A DNA stretch of 64,000 nucleotides from Nitrospirota bacterium (GCA_021789555.1 JAJYJK010000003.1:756-64755), one strand, 5' to 3'; positions 26,274-35,942 are shown, counted from the stretch's first letter. The notes: generated from the letters alone by a model not told the origin. Numbers and translations are program-made.

Positions 26274-26672
26274 TCAGGGCCCGGCTCTGAAGCGGGCGAA
26301 ATTCCTGATTGCAAGTATTGCCCGGACCTCTTCTCTCACCTCGACCCATACCGGGTGGACGGCGCAGGCATTGCTCAGGGAGCAGAGCCTGTCGTCCATG
26401 GCGCAGATGTTCATCTCCACCGGCTGGATTGCCTCCATGATGTCGAGAAAATTTATGAGGGCGGGGTCCCTGGCCAGTTCGAAACCGCCCTTTGCTCCCC
26501 TGTGGGATTTCACAATCCCCGCCCCGGCAAGTTTTTGCAGGATTTTTGCAAGAAATTTTTTGGGCACAAGAATGCCCTTTGAGATTTCCTCTATTGAGGC
26601 GACCTCCCCGGGTCTCCGGACAAGATGGACCACGCACCTTATGGCATAATCGGTCTCTCTCTTTATCCGCAT
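26274..26672 (-). CDS. Rrf2-family transcriptional regulator (three-Cys, probably Fe-S binding)
   Basis: MRIKRETDYAIRCVVHL... is an Rrf2 winged-helix N-terminus. The C-terminal CAMDDRLCSLSNAC matches the spacing of Fe-S Rrf2 members. Confidence 0.88.
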   Translation of the reverse strand: MRIKRETDYAIRCVVHLVRRPGEVASIEEISKGILVPKKFLAKILQKLAGAGIVKSHRGAKGGFELARDPALINFLDIMEAIQPVEMNICAMDDRLCSLSNACAVHPVWVEVREEVRAILAIRNFARFRAGP

Positions 26673-26676
26673 TGTA

Positions 26677-27699
26677 TCAATATGGGGTTTCCTCAGCGGC
26701 GATGTCAACCGGCTTCCCCCTGAATATCCTGTAGGCCCATGCCTGGTAGAGGATGACGATGGGCACGAAGACCACGGCCACGACGGTCATGATCTTGAGC
26801 GTGTAGACGCTCGAAGATGAATTGAATATGGTCAGGCTGTGCGCCGGGCTGATGCTGGAGGGGATAAGGTCCGGGAAGAGCCCCGCCACCCCGGTGAAGG
26901 TGACCATGAGAATCGTCAGGCATGAGGCGAAGAACGCCTTCAGATACTTCCCCTTAATAGAGAAGAATTTCACTGCGAGCAGCGAGAGCACCGCCAGCGC
27001 GGGCAGCGCCAGCAGGACGGGCGCCTTCAGGTAATTGGCATATAATTTGGTGGCAAAGGCCGTGTAGACCAGGAAAAGGACCGCTGTTATGAGCAGGGCG
27101 TACCAAGTCCCGTTTGCGGTCTTTATGGCCCGTTTTTCCAGTTCGCCGCTTGTTTTTACTGAAATCCATAGCGCCCCGTGCACAAGAAACAGGAGCACGA
27201 AGAGGATACCGGTCAGGAGCCCATAGGGGTTCAGCAGAGAGAGAAGGCCGCCGTGATACCCTTCCGCGTCCATCGGCAGGCCCATGAATATGTTGCCGAA
27301 GGCCACGCCTAAAAGAAGCGCCGGCAGCAGGCTGCCTAGAAACAGGCCCAGGTCCCAGCCCCTCTTCCAGCCGGCCCCCTCGGCCTTGCCCCGGAACTCA
27401 ACGGCCACCCCCCGGAGTATCAGTGAGAACAGAAGCAGCAGAAGGGCCGAATACAGATAGCTGAACATCAGGGCATAGGTGGCCGGGAACGCGGCAAAAG
27501 TGGCGCCCCCCGCCGTAAGCAGCCAGACCTCGTTGCCGCCCCAGACGGGCCCGATCGAATTCAGCACGGCCCGCTTTTCGTCTTCTTTTGCCGTGATGAA
27601 GGGATAGAGCATGCCGGCGCCCAGGTCGAAGCCGTCCAGCATGAAATATACCGCCCACAGCACGCTCCATAGAATGAACCATATTACCTGGAAGATCAT
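26677..27699 (-). CDS. cydB: cytochrome bd ubiquinol oxidase subunit II
   Basis: 340-aa polytopic protein. MIFQVIWFILWSVLWAVYFMLDGFDLGAG is the CydB N-terminus. It follows cydA. Confidence 0.95.
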   Translation of the reverse strand: MIFQVIWFILWSVLWAVYFMLDGFDLGAGMLYPFITAKEDEKRAVLNSIGPVWGGNEVWLLTAGGATFAAFPATYALMFSYLYSALLLLLFSLILRGVAVEFRGKAEGAGWKRGWDLGLFLGSLLPALLLGVAFGNIFMGLPMDAEGYHGGLLSLLNPYGLLTGILFVLLFLVHGALWISVKTSGELEKRAIKTANGTWYALLITAVLFLVYTAFATKLYANYLKAPVLLALPALAVLSLLAVKFFSIKGKYLKAFFASCLTILMVTFTGVAGLFPDLIPSSISPAHSLTIFNSSSSVYTLKIMTVVAVVFVPIVILYQAWAYRIFRGKPVDIAAEETPY

Positions 27700-27711
27700 C
27701 TCAGACCTCCT

Positions 27712-29070
27712 TCATGACAGTTTTTGTTTTTGCCCCGCGCCCGCCGGCAGTTCCGGCCCCGGGCCTTTGCGGGCGGTTTTTGCAAGCAGGTAAATATCGA
27801 CCACGGCCAGAAAACCGTAAAGCAGCGTAAAGCCGATGAGCGACGCCCAGACCTGTGCGGCGCTTACCGCCTTCGAGACGGCATCGGACGTCTTCAAGAC
27901 GCCGTAGACTATCCACGGCTGACGGCCGACCTCCGCCACTATCCAGCCAAGCTGGCCGGCGATGTAGGGCAGGGGCAGCGCGTAAAGCATGACTCTTAAG
28001 AGGGCGCGTCTCTCGTGAAGCGAATCAAGCCCCGCCCCTCGGGACCGGATGAAAGCGATGAGGGAAAGTATTACAAAGAGAAACCCAAGCGCAATCATCG
28101 TCCTGAAGCTGAGGAATGTGCTGAGGACCGGGGGCCTGATATCCTGCGGGAATGCCTTCAGACCCGTTATCGTCGCCCCGGTGTTGCCGAAGGCAAGAAA
28201 ACTGAGGAGCCCCGGTATCCTCAGGGTTTCAACTATGTTTCGCTCTCGCTTGACGCTGGGGTAGCAGATCAGGCTGTAGGCGCAGTTTGTTTGCGTCTCC
28301 CACTGGGACTCGATGGCCGCGAACTTTGCGGGCTGTGTCCCGGCGACCTCGGAGGCGTGGAAATCCCCCACGAGCACCACCAGGACGGAGGCGATGAGCC
28401 CGAAGGTCGCCCCCGCCTTGAATGAGCGCGTGAAGAAATCGGTCTTGCCTTTCCTCAGGAGGTGCCAGGCCGAGATGCCCATGACGAAAAACGCCGCCAC
28501 CACATACCCGGACAGCACCGTGTGGAAGAATTTCAGCCACCCGTAACTGTTTGTCACTACCGCCAGGAAATTCACCATCTCGGCCCGGCCGTGCCTGAGC
28601 ACATAGCCGACCGGGTGCTGCATCCATCCGTTTGCCAGCAGTATCCAGAGGGCCGACAGGTTCGTCGCAACCGCCACAAGCCAGATGGAAAGGGCATGCA
28701 CCCGGGGCGAGACCTTTTTCCACCCGAATACCCAGATGCCTATGAATGTCGATTCGAGGAAGAAGGCAAGGGTGGCCTCGATTGCCAGGGGGGCGCCGAA
28801 GATGTCGCCCACGTATTTCGAGTATTCCGCCCAGTTCATGCCGAACTGGAACTCCAGGGTTATCCCGGTCACTACCCCGAGGGCGAAGTTGATAAGGAAG
28901 AGTTTCCCCCAGAATTTCGCCATCCTCAGGTAAAGCTCGTCACCCGTCCTTAAATGGCGCGTCTCCATCCACGCGACCATGATGGAGAGCCCGAGGGTGA
29001 GCGGCACAAAGATGAAATGAAACATGCTTGTGATTGCGAACTGGAGCCTGCTTAAGGCAAGTGTGTCCAT
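27712..29070 (-). CDS. cydA: cytochrome bd ubiquinol oxidase subunit I
   Basis: 452 aa. MDTLALSRLQFAITSMFHFIFVPLTLG and GWIVAEVGRQPW are CydA signatures. Confidence 0.97.
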   Translation of the reverse strand: MDTLALSRLQFAITSMFHFIFVPLTLGLSIMVAWMETRHLRTGDELYLRMAKFWGKLFLINFALGVVTGITLEFQFGMNWAEYSKYVGDIFGAPLAIEATLAFFLESTFIGIWVFGWKKVSPRVHALSIWLVAVATNLSALWILLANGWMQHPVGYVLRHGRAEMVNFLAVVTNSYGWLKFFHTVLSGYVVAAFFVMGISAWHLLRKGKTDFFTRSFKAGATFGLIASVLVVLVGDFHASEVAGTQPAKFAAIESQWETQTNCAYSLICYPSVKRERNIVETLRIPGLLSFLAFGNTGATITGLKAFPQDIRPPVLSTFLSFRTMIALGFLFVILSLIAFIRSRGAGLDSLHERRALLRVMLYALPLPYIAGQLGWIVAEVGRQPWIVYGVLKTSDAVSKAVSAAQVWASLIGFTLLYGFLAVVDIYLLAKTARKGPGPELPAGAGQKQKLS

Positions 29071-29244
29071 TAGGTCCCTCCTTTAGGCAAGACATCCCCA
29101 ATGAAGATCCCCTGCGGGAATCTTGATAGCGGAGTTTTCACTTTTTCAGCCCGCAGGGCAATGCGCTTCCTGTTCATTTAAAGCATACCGCATTGAAGAT
29201 GCCTTTCAAACGGGCGCGTTCCCCCTTTTTTAATAATCAAGATT

Positions 29245-29273
29245 AAATTAGTCCTGTTTTGTCATTTTGTCAA
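29245..29273 (-). promoter_or_regulatory. candidate sigma70-type promoter for cydAB
   Basis: On the - strand, TTGACA (29273-29268), a 17-nt spacer, then TAATTT (29250-29245), in an AT-rich region ~170 nt upstream of cydA. Confidence 0.35.
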
Positions 29274-29336
29274 GCCCTTTTTCTTCTGGATTTTTATTTT
29301 TTTTTGCGCTGCCGGCCTTTGTGATGGTTGGAAGGC

Positions 29337-31235
29337 CTAGTCCATAGTGCCCATATCCAGGGTTTCTCTGACCTTTCTCAGCAGCACATTGGGCGATACG
29401 GGCTTGGAGATGAAATCCGTCTGCGACTCGCCGTTTATGATGTTTGCCGCGTAGCCGCTGATGAAGATGGCCCTCGTCCCGGGGGAGACCTTTTTTATCT
29501 CCTGGTACGCCTCTTTCCCGTTTTTCCGGGGCATTATGACGTCGAGGATAAGGAGCTTGATTTCGCCCCTGTTTTCCATGAATTTACCGACTGCGTCCTC
29601 GCCGTTTTCGGCCTCGATGACCCTGTAGCCGCTTTCAAGGAGGATTTTGCTCGTGAGGTCTCTCAGCACCGGGTCGTCCTCGGCGACCAGTATCGACTCC
29701 GCGCCCCCCGGCGGCAGTCCCTCCCGGGCGGCCTCCTTCTGCGTGAAATCCCCGGACGGGGTTTCGGCCAGGGGCAGATATATCCTGAATGCCGTGCCGC
29801 TGCCGGGCTCGCTCAGCACGTCGATGCGGCCGCCGTGCTGTTCGATTATCCCGTAGATTATGGAGAGACCCAGGCCGGTGCCCTTGCCGATCTCCTTGGT
29901 CGTAAAGAAGGGGTCGAATATCCTCTTTCTGACCTGCTGGTCCATGCCGACGCCGGTGTCCGTCACCGAGACGAGGGCGTACCTGCCCGGCTTTTCGAAA
30001 TTATTTATCCTGGCGGACTCCTCGTTTAAAAAGACGCCGTCGGTCTCTATGAGCAGGCGTCCCCCGTTTGGCATTGCGTCCCTGGCGTTGGCCGCCAGGT
30101 TCATAAGCACCTGTTCGAGCTGGCCGCTGTCGGCCATCACGATGAGCGCGGCCCCGTTGCTCCTGATAGTGAGCTCGATGTCCTCTCTGATCAGCCTCAG
30201 GATGAATTTTTCGAAACCCAGTATAAGCTCGTTCAGGTCCACCGGTTTCAGGCTTATCTCCTGTTTGCGGCTGAAGGCAAGGAGGCTCTTGACCAGGTTG
30301 GCCGCCCTCTCGGAGGCCGAGAGTATCTGCTCCACGTAATGGGCGAGCGCGCCGTCGTCTTTGAGTTTCGCCTTTATCAGGTCGGCGTAGCCGATTATTG
30401 CGGAGAGGATGTTGTTGAAGTCATGGGCGATGCCGCCTGCCAACTTGCCGACGGCCTCCATCTTCTGGGCATGTCTGAACTGCTCTTCGAGCCTCCTGTG
30501 GTCCGTGACGTCGGTTGAGATGGCAAGCAGGGCCGTGATCTCGCCCTTCGTGTTCCTGAATGGCACCGCATGGGTCGTCATCCGCCGTTTTGCGCCGCGC
30601 AGCCCGTTGATCTCGAACTCCAGGGTGGCCGGTTCGCCCATAAATACCTTCGCCATGAGCCTCTCGTAATCCTGGCGGTATTCGGGGACGAGCAGGTTCA
30701 GGACCTTCGCGCCCCTGACTTGTTCCAGGCTGTCCGCCTCTATCATCGCCAGCCCTGAGGGGTTCATCGAAAGCAGGCAGCCCTCCCGGTCGATCAGCTT
30801 CACGCACTGCGGCTCGGATTCTAAGATTGCCCTGAGCCGGCTTTCGCTTTCCCTCAGGGCCTCATCGAGGTGCTTGCGCTCCGATATCTCCTGGAGGAGG
30901 TCCCGGTTCAGGGCATCGAGCTCTTCCGTCCTCTCTTTTACCTTCAGTTCCAGGTCTTTTTTCACCGCCTCCAGCCCCGTCCTGGACTGCTGCAGTTTCC
31001 GGTTGAGGCCTATCATATAAATTATGCCAACGATTATGAGGCCCAGGACAGCGGTTATCGCAAGCAGCCAGGGGCCGTATTGCGCGAGGGTCTCGCCCAG
31101 GCTTACCTTGCCGAAGTCCTCGTAAATGCCCAGATGGAGATCTCTCTGGAGCATGAGGACCGGCTTGTAATCGAGGGAGACCGTCCATCCCGCGATGCCC
31201 GCCGCTCTCATTGCGGCGCGAGACCTGGCGGGCAT
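29337..31235 (-). CDS. hybrid sensor histidine kinase/response regulator (PAS, HisKA, HATPase, receiver)
   Basis: 632 aa with one TM helix, a coiled coil, a PAS-like region, the H-box GGIAHDFNNIL, the GTGLGLS G2 box and a C-terminal receiver (ILVAEDDP ... LLILDVIMP). TAG stop. Confidence 0.9.
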   Translation of the reverse strand: MPARSRAAMRAAGIAGWTVSLDYKPVLMLQRDLHLGIYEDFGKVSLGETLAQYGPWLLAITAVLGLIIVGIIYMIGLNRKLQQSRTGLEAVKKDLELKVKERTEELDALNRDLLQEISERKHLDEALRESESRLRAILESEPQCVKLIDREGCLLSMNPSGLAMIEADSLEQVRGAKVLNLLVPEYRQDYERLMAKVFMGEPATLEFEINGLRGAKRRMTTHAVPFRNTKGEITALLAISTDVTDHRRLEEQFRHAQKMEAVGKLAGGIAHDFNNILSAIIGYADLIKAKLKDDGALAHYVEQILSASERAANLVKSLLAFSRKQEISLKPVDLNELILGFEKFILRLIREDIELTIRSNGAALIVMADSGQLEQVLMNLAANARDAMPNGGRLLIETDGVFLNEESARINNFEKPGRYALVSVTDTGVGMDQQVRKRIFDPFFTTKEIGKGTGLGLSIIYGIIEQHGGRIDVLSEPGSGTAFRIYLPLAETPSGDFTQKEAAREGLPPGGAESILVAEDDPVLRDLTSKILLESGYRVIEAENGEDAVGKFMENRGEIKLLILDVIMPRKNGKEAYQEIKKVSPGTRAIFISGYAANIINGESQTDFISKPVSPNVLLRKVRETLDMGTMD

Positions 31236-31612
31236 CTCAAAGAGCGCCAGGGCGACCTTGCGCGATAACTCATACGGGGTGCCCCCTTATTCTTAGTCAC
31301 ATAATCCTACCAGAAACATTGTCGATTTTTCAGTGAGGCCGCGGCCCCAATGTCAAAATACCGGATGACCTTAATAAATTACTGCAACTGTCATGCCAGA
31401 AAGTAAAGCAGTTGAATTGAAGTGGTTTTTTAAGGCAAGGTCAGGAACCTGACGGGAACCCCCTTTAAAAATACCCGGATTCATATAAAAAACCCGATCT
31501 TTGCATTTAATAGTGGACATTATTACCCGCTCTAAAATAAAATATGTCGATTTTTGCGAAACTGAAAATCTTTGGGCCTGGAAGCCTTAAACAAAGGGGA
31601 AAGAGGGCAGAG

Positions 31613-32944
31613 ATGAGTAAAGTACGAAGGTTCGGGTTTTTGTACGCGGCGGTTCTTTCTGTTTTCCTTGTTTCAGCCGGCGGGGAGAGGGCATTGGCCG
31701 CCGGGAAGAAACCCAGCTGTGTGACTGACAAGTGCCACAGCGGGATGGGTAAGGAGAAGTTCGTCCACGGCCCCGTGGCCACGGGCGATTGTCTTTTCTG
31801 CCATCAGCAGGTGGGGAAGCACAAGTTCAAGCCCACCCCGAAGCACGTCTCGGATTTGTGCTATCAATGTCACGACAGGATGGACACGATGAAGACCGTA
31901 CACCCGCCCGTCAAGGCCGGCGAGTGCACCAAGTGCCACAGTCCGCACCAGTCGTCTTACAAATACCAGTTGCGCGCAGGCGGTTCCGACCTCTGTTTCC
32001 AGTGCCACAATAAATCCCTGATGGGCGGCAAGTTCCAGCATGGGCCGGCCGCAACGGGGCAGTGCACCGTCTGCCATAACCCGCACCAGTCGGACAATCC
32101 AAGGATGCTTTTTGCCGTCGGCAACAACGTCTGTTTTTCATGCCATACGGACAAGGCCGACCAGATCAAAAGCAGCAAGCACGTCCACCCCGCCGTCGAG
32201 GAGGGCTGCATAAACTGCCATAGCCCGCACAGCGCCAATTATAAATACAACCTCATAGCCGACGGCACAGAGGCCCTCTGCCTGACGTGCCACACCGGCA
32301 AGAAGGACCAGATTGCCGCCGCGACCACAAAGCACGGCGCCCTGGAGACCGGGAAGAAATGCCTTAACTGCCATGACCCGCATGCGACCAATTACGCGAA
32401 GATGCTCCGGATGCAGCCCATGGACCTCTGCCTGTCATGCCATAATAAATCGTATAATACCCCGACCGGCGTCATCATGGACATGAAGGCTTATCTTGCG
32501 AAAAACAAGGACTGGCACGGCCCTATAAGGCAGAAGGACTGCGTCGCCTGCCACGACCCCCACGGAAGCTCCAACTGGAGGATGCTCAGGGCATACTTCC
32601 CGCCGACTTTCTATTCCAACTACGACCCCAAGAATTACGCCCTGTGTTTCATGTGCCATGAAAAGACGATCCCCAGCCAGCAGTGGACGACGACGCTCAC
32701 CAATTTCAGAAACGGCAACGAGAACCTGCACTATCTCCACGTAAACAAGCTCAAGGGCCGCACCTGCAAGATCTGCCACGACCCGCACGCAAGCAACAAC
32801 CCCAAGCACATAAGGGATTACGTCCCCTTCGGCGCCTGGAAACTTCCGATAAATTACAAGAAGACGGCCACCGGCGGCCAGTGCTCGCCCGGCTGCCATC
32901 AGACGTTCAGGTACGACCGCGTAAACCCTGTAAAAAACAGGTGA
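31613..32944 (+). CDS. periplasmic multiheme c-type cytochrome (13 CXXCH plus 2 variant motifs)
   Basis: Starts at ATG 31613 (MSKVRRFGFLYAAVLSVFLVSAGGERALA signal peptide). There are 13 canonical CXXCH motifs, many as C..CH.PH pairs, plus CVTDKCH and CSPGCH. Confidence 0.9.
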   Translation: MSKVRRFGFLYAAVLSVFLVSAGGERALAAGKKPSCVTDKCHSGMGKEKFVHGPVATGDCLFCHQQVGKHKFKPTPKHVSDLCYQCHDRMDTMKTVHPPVKAGECTKCHSPHQSSYKYQLRAGGSDLCFQCHNKSLMGGKFQHGPAATGQCTVCHNPHQSDNPRMLFAVGNNVCFSCHTDKADQIKSSKHVHPAVEEGCINCHSPHSANYKYNLIADGTEALCLTCHTGKKDQIAAATTKHGALETGKKCLNCHDPHATNYAKMLRMQPMDLCLSCHNKSYNTPTGVIMDMKAYLAKNKDWHGPIRQKDCVACHDPHGSSNWRMLRAYFPPTFYSNYDPKNYALCFMCHEKTIPSQQWTTTLTNFRNGNENLHYLHVNKLKGRTCKICHDPHASNNPKHIRDYVPFGAWKLPINYKKTATGGQCSPGCHQTFRYDRVNPVKNR

Positions 32945-32972
32945 TATGGAAGGATAGAGCGATAGAGGCCGC

Positions 32973-33635
32973 ATGATTGGATGTTTAGCGGGCGTATTGC
33001 CCGCGGCTGAAAGATTGAAAAAGCTCCATGTGAGGTTCCCCGCGGCAAATACCGCGGGGAACCTGAAATACGCCGGCGCACTGCTTGTGGCGTGCTGTCT
33101 CTTTTTTGCCCCGCTTGCGTGCCTCGGCGCGCAGAAAGCGGCAATGGGGAACCCGGGTGCCGCACCGAGCGCCGCGCAGCCTTCCGTCGCGCCTGCCAGG
33201 CAGACGCCCCGGCAAAAGGCGGAGTCCCTCGTGCGCGCCTCCGCCGTGCTGGCGCGCGACAATAAGCTCGAGGGGGCCATAGAGAAGGCCAGAATGGCCG
33301 TCGCCGCGGACCCTTCGTGCGCCACGGCCTATGTGCAGCTTGGATATCTGCTCATCAAGAAGGGCTCGCTCGACGACGCCATGAAGGCCTTCGACGACGC
33401 GCTCCGGCTCAATCCGGTCCTCCATACCGCCAAGACCGGCAAGGGCATAATCCTTGCCAAAAAAGGCGACCTCCAGGGCGCCGCCGAGGCCCTGGAGTCC
33501 GCCCTCGTGCTGAACCCCGACCCGCTCGAGACCTATTACGAACTGGGCAGGGTCTACCAGAAGCTTGGAAAGGACAAGGAGGCCCTCGCGGCGTATAAAA
33601 AGGGCCTGGAAAAATACAAGGAAGGAAGGGACTGA
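32973..33635 (+). CDS. secreted TPR-repeat protein
   Basis: 220 aa with a hydrophobic N-terminal segment and then TPR-like repeats (AYVQLGYLLIKKGSLDDAMKAFDDALRLNP...). The start is uncertain. Confidence 0.72.
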   Translation: MIGCLAGVLPAAERLKKLHVRFPAANTAGNLKYAGALLVACCLFFAPLACLGAQKAAMGNPGAAPSAAQPSVAPARQTPRQKAESLVRASAVLARDNKLEGAIEKARMAVAADPSCATAYVQLGYLLIKKGSLDDAMKAFDDALRLNPVLHTAKTGKGIILAKKGDLQGAAEALESALVLNPDPLETYYELGRVYQKLGKDKEALAAYKKGLEKYKEGRD

Positions 33636-34777
33636 TGGCCCCGGACCGGCGGAAGGATTGCGCTGCGGCATTTCCGGGCAGGTCTTATCTGGCCCTTTTT
33701 TTCATATCCGTTTTTGTGGCCGGCATTCTGATGACGGCGCCTTCCGCGGCCACCCTCCAGAACCTCCAGACCGGCATGAAGGGTCCGGATTTCTCCATCA
33801 AGGGCCTGGACGACCAGACGAAGGGATTTGCCGATTTGAAAGGGCAAAAGCTTACGGTCCTGCTTTTCTGGTCAACGTGGAGCCTGAACTCCGGAAAGGC
33901 CCTTGAACGGATGGAGGGCCTCTACAGCAAATTCAAGGGCAAGGGGCTGTCGGTTGTCGCCATAAACGTCGACGCCCAGGAGATTACGGACGATACCCTG
34001 GCGAAGATAAGGTCGGAGATAAGCGGCCTGAAGATCGACTATCCGGTCCTCATAGATTACGGGCTCCCCACATTCCATGACTACGGTATCATAGCCGTGC
34101 CCACGACCGTCATCCTGGACAAGGACAGGGTGATAAAATACGAGCTCTCGGGCTTCCCGGTGATAGGCTCCGACGATATGGAGAGCTATATAACCGACAC
34201 CTTTGAGCCGGGGGCCGCCCGGGTGGCGAAGGTGAAGAAGGGCTACGAGCCCGAGCCTGAGGCGGTGAGATGTTATAATCTCGGCATGAGGATGCTTCAA
34301 TCGCCGCGGTCGGCCATGATGGCCCCGGCGTGGTTCAAGAAGGCGATCGAGGCCGACCCGAAATTCGCGCTGCCCTACATCTCCCTGGGAGATATCTATG
34401 CCGGCCAGGACAATCCGGGACTTGCCGGCGAACAGTACAAGGACGCGCTGGACAAGCAGCCCGGTAACGTCATCGCCATGTGCAAGCTCGGCAAGATACT
34501 CCTTGCCCAGGGGAAGACGGCAGACAGCAAGGCCCTTCTGGAGAAGGCGATGAAGGTGGAGGATTCATACCCCCCCTGCTATTATTATCTCGGCTATATT
34601 TACGGCAGCGAAGGCGATCTCTCGAAGGCCGGGAAGATGTTTGACGCCGCGGTGAAGGTAAACCCGATGGACCCCAAAATCTATATCTACGAAGGGAAAG
34701 TATATGAAAAGCAGGGCAGGATCAAGGAAGCGGCCGCCGCTTACGGCAGCGCCCTGAAGATCATCCTGAAGCAGTGA
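33635..34777 (+). CDS. thioredoxin-fold (TlpA/redoxin-like, CXXC replaced by SLNS) fused to TPR repeats
   Basis: An N-terminal TM/signal segment is followed by a redoxin fold, LTVLLFWSTWSLNSGKAL, where FWATWCxxC is expected. The C-terminal half consists of TPR repeats. Its ATG overlaps the upstream TGA. Confidence 0.8.
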   Translation: MAPDRRKDCAAAFPGRSYLALFFISVFVAGILMTAPSAATLQNLQTGMKGPDFSIKGLDDQTKGFADLKGQKLTVLLFWSTWSLNSGKALERMEGLYSKFKGKGLSVVAINVDAQEITDDTLAKIRSEISGLKIDYPVLIDYGLPTFHDYGIIAVPTTVILDKDRVIKYELSGFPVIGSDDMESYITDTFEPGAARVAKVKKGYEPEPEAVRCYNLGMRMLQSPRSAMMAPAWFKKAIEADPKFALPYISLGDIYAGQDNPGLAGEQYKDALDKQPGNVIAMCKLGKILLAQGKTADSKALLEKAMKVEDSYPPCYYYLGYIYGSEGDLSKAGKMFDAAVKVNPMDPKIYIYEGKVYEKQGRIKEAAAAYGSALKIILKQ

Positions 34778-35778
34778 TGAAGCGGATTGCCTTTAGTTTG
34801 CTTGCTTTTGTCGCCTTCCTTGCGGGTTTCCCCTCTGCCCGCGCCTTCATTGACCGGCCTGCCTTCGCCGAGGATAGTATCCGGATACTTTCGCCTGCGG
34901 ACGAGACGTTCGTGAATGAGACGGAGAGCCTGGCGGTTGTTTGCAGGATACCCAAGGGCGCCTTCGATGCCATCCAGATATCGATAAACGGCAAAGTGGC
35001 CAAGACAATCACCCCGCTTGCAGACAAGGTCGTTGTCTGCACCACGGTCGCTGTCCGGCCCGGGATGGACCGTATAGCCGTCGCGGCGATGAAGGCAGGA
35101 GGCGCGGTCGCCGCCGCTGAGGCAAGCGTTTTTGACCGCACGGCCTTGTCCGTTCAATACAGCGTCGAGCCCGCCGGCTACAGGCAATATTTTTTTCACA
35201 GCACGCGCAGCGACTGTTTTTTGTGCCATAAAATGGAGCCCGCGGACTCGGACAACTATCCCGCGAAGCCCTCGGACTCCAGCTGTTATGTCTGCCACAA
35301 GAATATAACGCAGCATAAGTATGTCCACGGCCCGGCCGCGGCCTGGAGCTGCCTTACATGCCATAGCAAAGACGCCAAGCCGAAGTATGAGGCTGCGTCG
35401 CCCGTGAGCCGGACGTGCGCCATGTGCCATCAGGACACCATGGACGCCTGGAAGAAGATGCAGTTCATGCACGGTCCCACCGCGATGGGGATATGCACCG
35501 CGTGCCATGACCCCCACGGCTCCGATTGGCAGTACTGGCTGAGGAAGTTCCCCACTGACCTTTGCCTGTCGTGCCATGTCGGCGTGACAGGCGACCACAT
35601 CATCACGTTTTTTAACGGGCAGCCCCATCCCATACGCGGCAGGCCGGACCCGAGGCACCCGGGGCAGGAGCTCTCCTGCGCCTCGTGCCACAGCCCCCAT
35701 GCCTCGAACTTTCATTACATGCTCTTTGCGGACTACAACGATTACCGCAGTTTTTGCACGGGCTGCCACAGATTCTGA
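34777..35778 (+). CDS. periplasmic multiheme c-type cytochrome (8 CXXCH)
   Basis: Signal peptide MKRIAFSLLAFVAFLAGFPSARA and eight CXXCH motifs. ATG 34777 is preferred over the GTG one codon upstream. Confidence 0.9.
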   Translation: MKRIAFSLLAFVAFLAGFPSARAFIDRPAFAEDSIRILSPADETFVNETESLAVVCRIPKGAFDAIQISINGKVAKTITPLADKVVVCTTVAVRPGMDRIAVAAMKAGGAVAAAEASVFDRTALSVQYSVEPAGYRQYFFHSTRSDCFLCHKMEPADSDNYPAKPSDSSCYVCHKNITQHKYVHGPAAAWSCLTCHSKDAKPKYEAASPVSRTCAMCHQDTMDAWKKMQFMHGPTAMGICTACHDPHGSDWQYWLRKFPTDLCLSCHVGVTGDHIITFFNGQPHPIRGRPDPRHPGQELSCASCHSPHASNFHYMLFADYNDYRSFCTGCHRF

Positions 35779-35942
35779 TCATCCGGCCCGTCGGGCGGAA
35801 GACGCTTGAGAACCTGAGCGCAATGGCTCCCGGCTGCCTCAAATCTTTTTTGACGTCCGGCCTTCCGAGCCCGCCGTGAAACCCTTGCCCTTTTCAGCTT
35901 GGCCGGACCGGGACCATCGGGGTTCTTGATCCGGCCGTGGTC

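Noticed and set aside
26131-26637. 324-aa version of the PCuAC ORF
   Set aside because: The extra 169 residues are Arg/Gly/Pro-rich and overlap the Rrf2 gene in another frame. A strong AGGAGG-ATG at 26130 gives a normal lipoprotein signal peptide.
29280-29336. Hairpin ggcctt...aaggcc next to a long T/A run downstream of the kinase gene, as an intrinsic terminator
   Set aside because: On the kinase (-) strand the hairpin is followed by an A-run, not a U-run. On the + strand the T-run precedes the hairpin. It is not a canonical terminator in either direction.
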